Source: Promethearchaeota archaeon | GTDB taxonomy: Archaea; Asgardarchaeota; Lokiarchaeia; Sigyniarchaeales; SOKP01 | Direction of reading: 5' to 3' | Assembly (NCBI GenBank): GCA_013375475.1 | Contig: JABXKD010000011.1 | Span: 1-61,055 of the forward strand | Length of the DNA: 61,055 nt | Shown: positions 38,984-48,558 of the stretch, piece by piece | How the letters are laid out: every line of letters starts with the position of its first letter | Position numbering within the stretch: position 1 is the stretch's first letter | Translations under genes and position numbers: made by a program | Notes under the pieces: generated by a model | The model's database searches: none | The model's input: the letters and a program-made list of their open reading frames with translations, nothing else | What the model was told of the DNA's origin: nothing

Positions 38984-40984
38984 ATGCAAGTAGGATTTTA
39001 TTTTAACCAAACAAGATGTACTGGTTGTAATGCTTGTAGAGTTGCATGTAAAGATTGGCATGACCAACCATCAGGTCCCGCTTCATGGATGAGAATCAAC
39101 TATAAAGAAGAAGGTCCTTTTCCAAACATATGTGCTAGCTATCTTATCTCAAATTGCTATCATTGCGAAGAACCTGTATGCTCTTTTGTTTGCCCCAATG
39201 AGGCTATAACAAAGCGAGAAAACGATGGAATTGTGGTGGTTGATGAAGAAAAATGTAGGGAAGATGTTCCTTGTGGTATAATCTCAAAAGAAAAAATGGG
39301 TGCTAATTACTCCTATGGTGATTCTCAAGCACCTTGTCAAACCGCATGCCCAGTTAATCTTCGTATTCCCGCTTACACCGCTTTGATAGCTAAAGGCAAG
39401 TTTAAGGAATCTTTAGATTTGATTAGACAGAGGATGCCTTTACCATCAGTGTGTGGGCGAGTTTGTCTTCATCCTTGCGAAGAAGTTTGCGCTCGAAAAG
39501 AGGTGGATCAAGCAATAGCGATTGAAGCACTGAAAAGGTTTGTATCGGACAATGTATCTGAAGAACTACCAAACCCTATAAAGCAGACTCAATCAGATAA
39601 GACCGCTATAATTGGGGCAGGTCCGGCCGGACTAGCAGCCGCTTATGATCTTATTAGAATGGGCTATGGTGTTACAATTTTTGAGGCATTACCCACTGTT
39701 GGAGGCATGTTATCTGTAGGAATTCCAGATCATCGCCTTCCACGCGAAGTTTTTCAAAAGGATATTGATTACATAAAAGCTTTGGGAGTAGAAATTAAAA
39801 CTAACACAACTATTGATCTCGAAAATGGATTAGATGATCTTCTTAAGCAAGGATATGGCGCTGTTTTAATAGCAATTGGTACTCACAGAGGAATGAAACT
39901 TGAAATCCCTGGTGTTGAATTTGAAGGAGCTTTAGTAGGGACTTCCTTTATGCGGGATGTTAACCTTGGAAAAGATGTGAAGATAGGCAATAAAGTTATA
40001 GTGATAGGTGGAGGGAATGTTGCAATGGATTGTGCTCGCACTGCTCGACGATTAGGTGCTGCTGAAGTCTCGGTATCTTGCCTTGAAAGTTGCGATGATA
40101 TGCCTGCGACAGCATCTGAGGTTGAACAAGCCCGAGAAGAGGGGATACAAATCCATGATTCTCATACATTTACACATATTGAGGGAGAAAATGGAAAAGT
40201 TTCAGGAATAGGATGTTTAGACATCACATCATGTACCTTTAATGAAGAGGGTCAACCTCAATTTGATGTTGTGGATGGTAAAAAACATATTTTAGAAGCT
40301 GATACCGTAATTTTTGCTATCGGACAAAGACCGGATATATCAAATTCTAACAAGATCAAGTTAAGTTCTAAAGGTACAATTGAAGCTGATTTAGAAACGC
40401 AACTTTTCAATAAAGAGGGTATATTTGTTGCTGGAGACTGTTTTAGTGGCGTAGCAAGTATTATTGATGCTATTGCCAGTGGACAGAATGCAGCCTCACA
40501 CATGCACCGATTTTTACAAGGAGATGTCCTTAGAAAAAAACCAATTCCCGTGAGTGTAGTAACTGAAAAAGAAATCGATATTCCTTCAGATACTGTTAAA
40601 ATTGAACGCCAACCAATGCCAAATTTACCCGCAGCAGAAAGGATATCTAATTTCAAGGAAGTTGCAATGGGATATAGCGAAGAAGCAGCTATTGCTGAAG
40701 CTGAACGATGCCTGAATTGTGCAGGACATTTATGTAAGGATGTATGTCCGTATTCAGCGCCTCAATTTGTTGAAACGGAAAAAGCAAAAATGCAAAAATG
40801 CAATTTCTGTGTCGATAGGCATGAAGAAGGAAAACTGCCTATATGTGTAGAATCTTGTTATGCTCGTGCTCTTGATTCAGGAACGTTAGAAGAATTAAAA
40901 GCAAAATATGGGGATATTCAAACGGCCTCAGGATTTGTATATTCTGAAAAGCATAAACCAGCCGTTATTTTTAAACCTAAATAA
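38984..40984 (+). CDS. DmsB-like Fe-S subunit with an inserted GltD/NfnB-like FAD/NAD(P)H oxidoreductase module
   Basis: CTGCNACRVAC, CYHCEEPVC..CP; insert with PCQTACP, CGRVCLHPCE..C, GAGPAG, GGGNVAMD, AGD, ERCLNC; DmsB resumes at CKDVCP..KCNFC..CVESC. GGAGG precedes ATG 38984. Confidence 0.88.
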   Translation: MQVGFYFNQTRCTGCNACRVACKDWHDQPSGPASWMRINYKEEGPFPNICASYLISNCYHCEEPVCSFVCPNEAITKRENDGIVVVDEEKCREDVPCGIISKEKMGANYSYGDSQAPCQTACPVNLRIPAYTALIAKGKFKESLDLIRQRMPLPSVCGRVCLHPCEEVCARKEVDQAIAIEALKRFVSDNVSEELPNPIKQTQSDKTAIIGAGPAGLAAAYDLIRMGYGVTIFEALPTVGGMLSVGIPDHRLPREVFQKDIDYIKALGVEIKTNTTIDLENGLDDLLKQGYGAVLIAIGTHRGMKLEIPGVEFEGALVGTSFMRDVNLGKDVKIGNKVIVIGGGNVAMDCARTARRLGAAEVSVSCLESCDDMPATASEVEQAREEGIQIHDSHTFTHIEGENGKVSGIGCLDITSCTFNEEGQPQFDVVDGKKHILEADTVIFAIGQRPDISNSNKIKLSSKGTIEADLETQLFNKEGIFVAGDCFSGVASIIDAIASGQNAASHMHRFLQGDVLRKKPIPVSVVTEKEIDIPSDTVKIERQPMPNLPAAERISNFKEVAMGYSEEAAIAEAERCLNCAGHLCKDVCPYSAPQFVETEKAKMQKCNFCVDRHEEGKLPICVESCYARALDSGTLEELKAKYGDIQTASGFVYSEKHKPAVIFKPK

Positions 40985-41099
40985 TTTTTTTTTATCAAAA
41001 AAGATTGAATGATTAAATTTCAAAATGCAAAAAAAAATAAAAGGAAAAACTAATTTTAATATAAAAAAACAAATAGATATAAAATTTGGAAGAAAAAAA

Positions 41100-42248
41100 A
41101 TGACAGAAACTATGGATCCAGAAATATATAAGAAATATAAAAAAGCCGCTCAGATAATAAATGGAGCTGGTGGCACTCCTTTAAAAATTGGTGACACGCT
41201 CATTAAAATCTTAAGACATATATTACCAGATGAAGAAGCACTTAGTTATGTTAAATATTTTAAGAACAAGACATCCCAAACCATGGAACAGTTAATCGAA
41301 ACTAGTGGTCTTTCTGAAGAGGAACTTCTACCTAACCTAAATAAGTTGGCAAAAGTAGGATTAGTTTTTAACCAACCTAATAGGCGTGGTGTTATCGTGT
41401 ACCGGTTAATGCCTTTCATTGATGTTGGTGTTTTTGAATACACCTTTATGGGAGAATTAGAAGATAATAAGGAAAACAGGGAGTTGGCACGATTATATCA
41501 TGAATTAACGAGTGGACTTAAGGACATATTAAAAAATAATTACGAAGGAGTGGAGGCGTTTGTAAAAAGAAGGGCTCCAGTTGATAGAACTATTCCGTAT
41601 ACCATTAATAAAGATACTGGAAATGAAATTGAAATTGTAGTAGATAAAACTCTAGAAGTTCCTGAAGAGAAGATATTACCCGTTCAAAAAGTAGAAGAAC
41701 TTGTTGAAAAATTTGATGATATCGCCGTTGGTCACTGCTTTTGTCGCCACCAACAAGACCTCTTAGATAATCCCTGCAAACAAACGGATATTAGAGAAAA
41801 TTGTTTTACTTTTGGAAAATCTGCGCGTTATACTTCAGACCAAGGGTTTACTAGATTAATCTCCAAGGAGGAAGCTTTAGAGATCATAAAAAAATCAGAC
41901 GAGGATGGATTAGTTCATAAAGCTTATCATCCCCATTTTGACACAGCTAAGGATGAAACTAGCTTATGCATTTGCTGTAATTGTTGTTGTGGCCAAGCTG
42001 GACATTATTCTGTTAATGTCAATACAACTAGATATATTGCTCAAGTTAACCAAGAATCCTGCACAGGGTGTGGGATATGTGTTGAAAATTGTCATACATT
42101 TGCGATGAAATTGAATGAAGAAAATGTGGCCGAAGTAGGAGAAAGATGCATTGGTTGCGGCGTTTGTGCATATATGTGTCCAGAACAAGCAATTTCTCTT
42201 AAAGAGAACGAAAGAATTGTTAGGTTAATACCCTCTCGACCTGAATAA
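41100..42248 (+). CDS. Cys-rich Fe-S protein with C-terminal 2x[4Fe-4S] ferredoxin and a possible N-terminal winged helix
   Basis: CFCRH..C..C, LCICCNCCCG, CTGCGICVENC, CIGCGVCAYMCP; ATG 41100 preferred over 41025 (upstream part is a poly-A-derived Lys run). Confidence 0.85.
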   Translation: MTETMDPEIYKKYKKAAQIINGAGGTPLKIGDTLIKILRHILPDEEALSYVKYFKNKTSQTMEQLIETSGLSEEELLPNLNKLAKVGLVFNQPNRRGVIVYRLMPFIDVGVFEYTFMGELEDNKENRELARLYHELTSGLKDILKNNYEGVEAFVKRRAPVDRTIPYTINKDTGNEIEIVVDKTLEVPEEKILPVQKVEELVEKFDDIAVGHCFCRHQQDLLDNPCKQTDIRENCFTFGKSARYTSDQGFTRLISKEEALEIIKKSDEDGLVHKAYHPHFDTAKDETSLCICCNCCCGQAGHYSVNVNTTRYIAQVNQESCTGCGICVENCHTFAMKLNEENVAEVGERCIGCGVCAYMCPEQAISLKENERIVRLIPSRPE

Positions 42249-42315
42249 ATATATTAAAAATAAAACTTGTTTAATTTTAAAAAAAGAAGTATCAATTTAT
42301 TTTTTTTTAACTTGA

Positions 42316-43167
42316 TTAATCCACAATCGCATAAGCGTTTCCGAGTACTACCGGTCCACGATTCGTTCGCATTTGAATTATATAACGTCCATTATCTTTC
42401 CAGCCCTCGGTTGTTAAAGTTTCTCCTGGGTAAACCTCATTTGTAAACCTTGCTTTGAACTCTTTGAAACGGGTAACATCACCGTCGCAAAGACCGTAAA
42501 CTATTGCTCGTGTGGCGTAACCGTACGTACAAAGCCCGTGAAGGATCGGTTTAGTAAATTTTCCACTTCTCTTTGCAAATTCAGGATCTATATGCAAGGG
42601 GTTCAAATCTTGGTTTAATCTATATATGGCAGCTTGATTGTCATTCGTTTTGTACGATATGCTAAAATCCGGTTTAACTCCTTCGGGAGGATTTAATGGT
42701 TCTGATTTTGGCCCACTTTCTCCACCAAAACCCCCTTCGCCAATATAGAAATGAACGTATTTAACATCAAACACTTTATTACCCTCAGTAGTCGTGCCAG
42801 TCATTTTTGTATGAATTACCGCTGCTTTTCCCTTATCAAAGATATTTTCACAAACTCCGATTACCTTTATTTCTCCCTCTCTGGGGAAAGGTTGGTAAAG
42901 TTTAATCATTTGCTCTCCATGAATAAAACGAGAACCATCGATTCCCTTCTTACTATGTCTTGGGAATCCTATTCCGCCAACAATGCAGGCATAACTAGGG
43001 AAAACTTTTAATCCCCCTTTAACTCCTTCATAAACGAATGATAACTCGTCAGGTTGGGCACCAATCCCTAAATTATACAGTATTACATCTTTCCATGTAT
43101 ATTTAAAAGACCGTTCATTAGTTTCTTTTCCTATAATATCTAAATCCAAACTAGTCATTTTTATCAC
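42316..43167 (-). CDS. MaoC-type (R)-specific enoyl-CoA hydratase 2 (double hot-dog, MFE-2-like)
   Basis: DVILYNLGIG, IHGEQ, YRLNQDLNPLHIDP, PILHGLCTYG. Confidence 0.92.
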   Translation of the reverse strand: MIKMTSLDLDIIGKETNERSFKYTWKDVILYNLGIGAQPDELSFVYEGVKGGLKVFPSYACIVGGIGFPRHSKKGIDGSRFIHGEQMIKLYQPFPREGEIKVIGVCENIFDKGKAAVIHTKMTGTTTEGNKVFDVKYVHFYIGEGGFGGESGPKSEPLNPPEGVKPDFSISYKTNDNQAAIYRLNQDLNPLHIDPEFAKRSGKFTKPILHGLCTYGYATRAIVYGLCDGDVTRFKEFKARFTNEVYPGETLTTEGWKDNGRYIIQMRTNRGPVVLGNAYAIVD

Positions 43168-43302
43168 AATTAAATTTACATATTAAATTTATAAAATTTT
43201 AATTAATTTATATCTCGAATAGCATATTAACTATTTCAATTCTGTAGTAGGGCTAAAGAACTTTTTAAATCTCTGGGATCAGTTAATTTAAACCATTCTG
43301 TT

Positions 43303-43860
43303 TTATCTTTTTTGTTTCAAGACAATAGATGGATTAATTTTATCATTATTAAGAAATCCTTCAGCTTCAGCATTGTTTCCATATTTTTCCTGTAATTCTT
43401 CCATTGGTCCGACATCAAGTGCGTACATTGGACACGCTTCCACACATATCGTCTGCTGACCTTTCTCTAACCGGTCTAGGCAAAGATCACATTTTTCCAT
43501 TTTAGCGTTAAATTGATCGCTAAATTGCGGGGAATCCCAAGGACATACTTTTAAGCATTTAAATCCGCATTCATCCTTTCCGATGCATTTTTCTCGATCG
43601 ATTACAACTATTCCATCCTTCTCCCTTTTCATTACGGCGTTAGTAGGACATGCCTTCACACAAGGGGGATCAGCGCAATGATTGCATGAAATAGTTAAAT
43701 AAGCTAGAGATAAATTTGGAAATTTACCTTTTTCGATTGATTTGACTCTAATCCAATTTACAGGACCCGCAGGTATATCGTGCCAATCCTTGCAAGCTAC
43801 AGAGCAAGTGAAACAACCAGTACACCTTGATTGATCAAAATAAAACCCTATTTGATTCAA
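43303..43860 (-). CDS. dmsB: DmsB-like 4Fe-4S electron-transfer subunit
   Basis: CTGCFTCSVAC, CNHCADPPCVKACP, CIGKDECGFKCLKVCP, KCDLC..CVEACP; overlaps the dmsA stop by 4 nt. Confidence 0.9.
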   Translation of the reverse strand: MNQIGFYFDQSRCTGCFTCSVACKDWHDIPAGPVNWIRVKSIEKGKFPNLSLAYLTISCNHCADPPCVKACPTNAVMKREKDGIVVIDREKCIGKDECGFKCLKVCPWDSPQFSDQFNAKMEKCDLCLDRLEKGQQTICVEACPMYALDVGPMEELQEKYGNNAEAEGFLNNDKINPSIVLKQKR

Positions 43861-46169
43861 GGATTTCCCTCCAAATGATTTTTTTGATATAAATTTGCTT
43901 CTACTAACGCACTATTCATAGGAAATGCCCCTCCGGGAGAATATGCATCCTTAGTTAACACATTAGCACATCCTCCTCTATCGATTCCATTCTCATCAGG
44001 ATCGTACCACGCTCCTTGGTAAACACATACCACTCCTGGGCTAATGCGGTCTGTAACTTTCGCAAGAATTCTTATTCTACCTCGATCATTATAGATATCA
44101 ATTAAATCCCCATTTCTAATATTACGGATTGAGGCATCAATTGGATTAATCCAAGCTGTGTGAGACTCTATCTCTTCCAACCATGGAATATTACGAAGAG
44201 ACGAGTGAGTACGTCTTTTGTTATGAGGCGTTATTAATTGTAATGGGTATTTTTTTGTTAAAGGAGAATCATAATGCTCTTCATGACTAAAATACTTAGG
44301 AATTGCTGGCATTAGTGGAATGTTCTTTTCTGCTATGTGTTCGCAATAAATTTCAATTTTTCCAGATATCGTTGGAAAGGCATAATTTTCCGGATCTTCA
44401 ATTTGTTTTTTAAAAGCGACAAAAGGTTCCTCCACTTTAACTTTGTAGTATCCATCTTTTTTCATTTTATTGTAGCTTTTTATATCTTTGCGAGGAGATG
44501 TAAATATTTGTAAAATTTGGTCCTCTGGTAGGTCTAGGAGACTGGATTTGATTCCTAGTTTTTTAGAAAGTTCCCGACATATCTCTAAATCAGATTTAGA
44601 TTCATAAAGTGAATCGATCGCTTTGTTCAGGTAAATATAATAAGGAGATCCAAGCCAAGGAACAGCAATATCGTTTCGTTCCATAAAAGTGTTAGCTGGT
44701 AGGATGATATCCGCAAATTTAGCTGTTGGATTCATAAATTGTTCGTGAGTAACTATAAATTCTAACGATTTTAAAGCTCTTATTCCTTTGTTTACGTTAC
44801 AATATTGATTTAAACGATTGGTACCACATATATAAGCCATTTTTATATCTGCGGGATAACCTCCTTTAGTCCCTTCTAAGATAAAATTGTAGTAGTCGTT
44901 AAAATGTACTCGCGTGCTTGCTGGGTTTGTTCCACCTCGAAGTTTATATAACGCTTCTTTACGAGGTGGAGCGTTGAAGTCAACAAGATTATCCTGAGGT
45001 CTTGGTTTTTTGGGTTTGTCTTTTTCATGAATTTGCTTAATCGGTCCTTCTTTCTTTTTTCCTACTGAACCACCACTCTCTCTGCTATAATATGCCCTCA
45101 TAAAACCAGAGGCATAACCTCCATTAATTCCAATGTTACCAGTAATTGCACATAAAACATTAGCTGCTCTCGAATATTGCTCACCAAATGTTGTTCTCGC
45201 AGGACCCCAACCCGCGATAAGGGCTGCTGGTTTACTTGTAGCGTACTCCCGAGCTAGTTTTGTTATAATTTTTTCTGGTACAGTAGTAATCTCTTCTGCC
45301 CAGCTAGGTGTTTTTGGTTGACCGTCTTCACGTCCAAGCACATATTCTTTGTAAAGATCAAATCCTACCGTATATTTATCAATAAATTGTTGGTCCTGAA
45401 GCTTTTCAGTTATTATAACATAAGCCATTGCTAGCAACATAGCTGTATCAGTACCCGGGCGAATGGGAATCCATTCATCTGCTAATATTGCAGCTGTATC
45501 AGTAAAAATAGGGTCGATAGCTATTAATTTAGTTCCTTTTTCTCGAGCTTTAGCTAGCCATAAACTTGTTCCGGGATCCCAAACAGTATTGGCAGGATTC
45601 CAACCCCACATTATTATTAACTTAGAATTAAGTAAATCATCGCGAGCATTTCCCGTCATCATCGTGCCATATGTTGCCATTGAGGCAAAAAGAGCCCCTT
45701 CATATGAAGGTATTCCCCACATACGAGTATAACCCCCGATTTGGTTTAACATTAAACCAACTGGTGTAACGCCATGAAGCATTCCTTGATTTCCACCCCC
45801 CGGTACGAATAGAATTGCCGAGTTACCATATTTTTCTTTTATTTCTAAAATCTTAGATGCTACATGGTTTAAAGCTACTTCCCATGAGACCCTTTCGAAT
45901 TTTCCTTCACCTCGTTCTCCAACGCGTCGTAGAGGGTATTTAAGTCTTTCTTCAGAATATACGCGTTGTCTATATGCTCTCCCTCTTGAACATGCCCTTA
46001 ATTGTGGTTCCTTCTCATTATCTGTTTCAAGTCGCGTAATCTTTCCATTTTTTACATGTGCCTTGAGGACACAGCGACCTCCACAATCGTGACAACATCC
46101 CGTATTTACTATTTTTTCAGTACTCTCATCCATATCTGCTTTGTCATTTATCATTTTGGATTTGCTCAA
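43857..46169 (-). CDS. dmsA: Second DMSO-reductase-family Mo/W-bisPGD catalytic subunit (DmsA-like), no Tat leader
   Basis: CCHDCGGRC..C, RLKYPLRR, WGIPSYEG (Ser ligand region), PGTD, RTHS, GAWYDPD. Confidence 0.88.
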   Translation of the reverse strand: MSKSKMINDKADMDESTEKIVNTGCCHDCGGRCVLKAHVKNGKITRLETDNEKEPQLRACSRGRAYRQRVYSEERLKYPLRRVGERGEGKFERVSWEVALNHVASKILEIKEKYGNSAILFVPGGGNQGMLHGVTPVGLMLNQIGGYTRMWGIPSYEGALFASMATYGTMMTGNARDDLLNSKLIIMWGWNPANTVWDPGTSLWLAKAREKGTKLIAIDPIFTDTAAILADEWIPIRPGTDTAMLLAMAYVIITEKLQDQQFIDKYTVGFDLYKEYVLGREDGQPKTPSWAEEITTVPEKIITKLAREYATSKPAALIAGWGPARTTFGEQYSRAANVLCAITGNIGINGGYASGFMRAYYSRESGGSVGKKKEGPIKQIHEKDKPKKPRPQDNLVDFNAPPRKEALYKLRGGTNPASTRVHFNDYYNFILEGTKGGYPADIKMAYICGTNRLNQYCNVNKGIRALKSLEFIVTHEQFMNPTAKFADIILPANTFMERNDIAVPWLGSPYYIYLNKAIDSLYESKSDLEICRELSKKLGIKSSLLDLPEDQILQIFTSPRKDIKSYNKMKKDGYYKVKVEEPFVAFKKQIEDPENYAFPTISGKIEIYCEHIAEKNIPLMPAIPKYFSHEEHYDSPLTKKYPLQLITPHNKRRTHSSLRNIPWLEEIESHTAWINPIDASIRNIRNGDLIDIYNDRGRIRILAKVTDRISPGVVCVYQGAWYDPDENGIDRGGCANVLTKDAYSPGGAFPMNSALVEANLYQKNHLEGNP

Positions 46170-46213
46170 GTTTGTTCTAATTATAGTATGAAGTATTTAT
46201 GATGATACTAATA

Positions 46214-47518
46214 TTATTGAGATCCGATAAGATATATTAACCCTTCAGGAAGGTAACTTTGCCAAGCAACGTATTCATGCCCTCCGGGGAATTCTTTATA
46301 AAAATGGGTGTAACCTTTTTTCTGAAGCATTTTATGAAAATTTTGAATAGATTTAATCGCTCTTGTTTCGAGATTACCTACATTTAAATAAAATTTTAAA
46401 TCTAATTTTTCATTTCGTAAGTATTGCTTTGTTAGCCACTCTTCTTCTTTTTCGTCTTCTTTACTCCACCACCGCACATAATCATCGCCATAAAACTGCA
46501 AACTATATTGAAACCAAGGGTTACCAGGATACCATTGGTAAAAACCTGATTGGGAAAGTATATTTCTGAACAGTTCAGGGTGTTTGAATCCTATATAAGA
46601 AGCTGCTAACCCCCCAGAACTACTACCAACTAATACTGAGTGCGCGGGGTCAGAGCTAATGATATACTTCTCATGAGCCCAAGGTAATAATTCTTTAACA
46701 ATAAAATCCGCAAATTGTGGTTGACATAATAAATCTCTTCCTCTACTATAACCACTATAGTTATGAATAAAAATTGCTATACTCGGTGGAATTTTCTCTT
46801 CGGCATGCAAATTATCCAATATTTGTGGTGTTAAAGTAAAATCAATAAAAGGTTTTCCATCAAAAACGATTAATAAATGAAATGGTTTATCATATGAATC
46901 AATATTGTTTGGGGTATATATCCATATTTTTCTCTTAGCATTTAAAAGATTACTGCGAAAATCCATCCTCTCCATATTGCCGGGGATTACGTTCTTTTTT
47001 GGCTTCACCCACTTTAAAGGAACTGCATCTGGCATTTCAAGCACGGAGTATTCAACAACAAATAATTGCCCTTCTCTCCTATATCTCTGTGTAAATCTTT
47101 TAGGATTGTATTGATCGGGTGATAATGTATCCCAATTGTCCATTAAATTGTCATAAAACCTGTTGAATTTAAGGGAATTGTTTTTACTAATTGAATAAAT
47201 GGTTCGTGTTCCATTTAGGACAACAAAACTCTTATAAAATATATCTGTGTTTTCAATTCGTTCACAAATATTGTTCGATAAGACATCATCCTGATTAGCA
47301 AGCGAACACACAACGACAGCATTAGTAGTATCATTATTTGCTTGAACAATAAAAGTCACAAGTTTATGGTTTTCATCCCCCTCTATTGGTTCAATTAAAG
47401 GTGTACCGAATCTTTCTATTTTATCCCAAAAGTTATTTAACGCTGATTTATTTCCGTTTGATAATTCTTTTTTGAGGTCCAAAATTATGAAACTTGTGAG
47501 AGTTTTCTTCTTTTCCAT
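46214..47518 (-). CDS. Enterochelin esterase (Fes)-like alpha/beta esterase
   Basis: FW..GTPLIE N-terminal domain, RKIWIYTP, FDG, GSSSGG, SQSG, GGHEY. Confidence 0.85.
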   Translation of the reverse strand: MEKKKTLTSFIILDLKKELSNGNKSALNNFWDKIERFGTPLIEPIEGDENHKLVTFIVQANNDTTNAVVVCSLANQDDVLSNNICERIENTDIFYKSFVVLNGTRTIYSISKNNSLKFNRFYDNLMDNWDTLSPDQYNPKRFTQRYRREGQLFVVEYSVLEMPDAVPLKWVKPKKNVIPGNMERMDFRSNLLNAKRKIWIYTPNNIDSYDKPFHLLIVFDGKPFIDFTLTPQILDNLHAEEKIPPSIAIFIHNYSGYSRGRDLLCQPQFADFIVKELLPWAHEKYIISSDPAHSVLVGSSSGGLAASYIGFKHPELFRNILSQSGFYQWYPGNPWFQYSLQFYGDDYVRWWSKEDEKEEEWLTKQYLRNEKLDLKFYLNVGNLETRAIKSIQNFHKMLQKKGYTHFYKEFPGGHEYVAWQSYLPEGLIYLIGSQ

Positions 47519-47640
47519 TGTTCTTATTAAATGTGAATTTTTAGATAAACTTCAATAAAGTCTTAAAACGATTTATTTCTAATCAAATTAACTTTTTATT
47601 TATTCCAATAGTTATCCAATTCGAAAATAAAAGATGTTAA

Positions 47641-48558
47641 TTAGAGGAACTCTCTAATCAATGAATTAACCTTATCTGGTAGTTCATTTATAATCCAGTG
47701 TGAGCCTTCAGGGATTCTTTTGATTGTTAACTCGGGTATAAATTCGTCAAGGCCCTCTAGATTATAGGTTGTTAGGGCAGTATCCTTCTCACCCCAAATT
47801 ACTAGTGTTGGAACATTAATCATTACAGGACTTAACTCTAATTGCTTATCTGTCAAGCTTTCTATTTTCTCTCCCTGTGAAGGGGGTTTTAAACCTCCCG
47901 CGCGATAGTAATTCAACCCACCTGTTAAAGCTCCAGGCTGGGACCAAGCCTCGATATACACTTGTTTATCATCTTCTGTAAATTCCATTTCAGGAGTAAC
48001 TATTATATCTAATATATTTTTATAATTATTTGACGAAAGATACCCCTCAGCATTCCGTGATCTAAAGAACAAAACATATTGACTAGAAGATTGCTGATCT
48101 CTATTTTTTGCTATCAACCGCGCAAAGATATTAGGATGTGGAGCGTTGATAATAATTAGTTTTTCTACTAAATTTGGATGCGTATTAGCAAACGGATATG
48201 CAACTACACCTCCCCAATCATGTCCAACTAATATGAATTTTTTTCGATTAAAATGCTCTTCGACAAGAGTTCTGATATCTTCGACTATATGCTTGGGTTG
48301 ATATTGATCAACTTCTATTGGTTTAGATGAAAGATTATAGCCTCTCATGTCAGGGGCAACAACAAGATAATCTTTAGAGAACTCTAAAAGTTGATCTCTC
48401 CACATATACCATAATTGTGGAAAACCGTGTAAAAAAATAATTAGCTCCCCATCTTCTGGTCCTGCTTTAATATAATGAATTTTAACGTCGTTAACTTCAG
48501 CAAATTCGCTTCTAAATTCCGGATAATTTTTTCTAATAATTTCTTCAGACATTAGCAT
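47641..48558 (-). CDS. Epoxide hydrolase-like alpha/beta hydrolase
   Basis: HGFP, DMRGY, GHDWGG (Asp nucleophile), LNYYR, WGEKD, SHW. Confidence 0.92.
   Translation of the reverse strand: MLMSEEIIRKNYPEFRSEFAEVNDVKIHYIKAGPEDGELIIFLHGFPQLWYMWRDQLLEFSKDYLVVAPDMRGYNLSSKPIEVDQYQPKHIVEDIRTLVEEHFNRKKFILVGHDWGGVVAYPFANTHPNLVEKLIIINAPHPNIFARLIAKNRDQQSSSQYVLFFRSRNAEGYLSSNNYKNILDIIVTPEMEFTEDDKQVYIEAWSQPGALTGGLNYYRAGGLKPPSQGEKIESLTDKQLELSPVMINVPTLVIWGEKDTALTTYNLEGLDEFIPELTIKRIPEGSHWIINELPDKVNSLIREFL

Noticed and set aside
38979-38990. TGA at the end of the first dmsA read as selenocysteine (GGA-U-KCK-stop)
   Set aside because: The protein is already full length relative to its paralog, no SECIS-like hairpin was recognised, and the TGA lies in the GGAGG/ATG coupling region of the next gene
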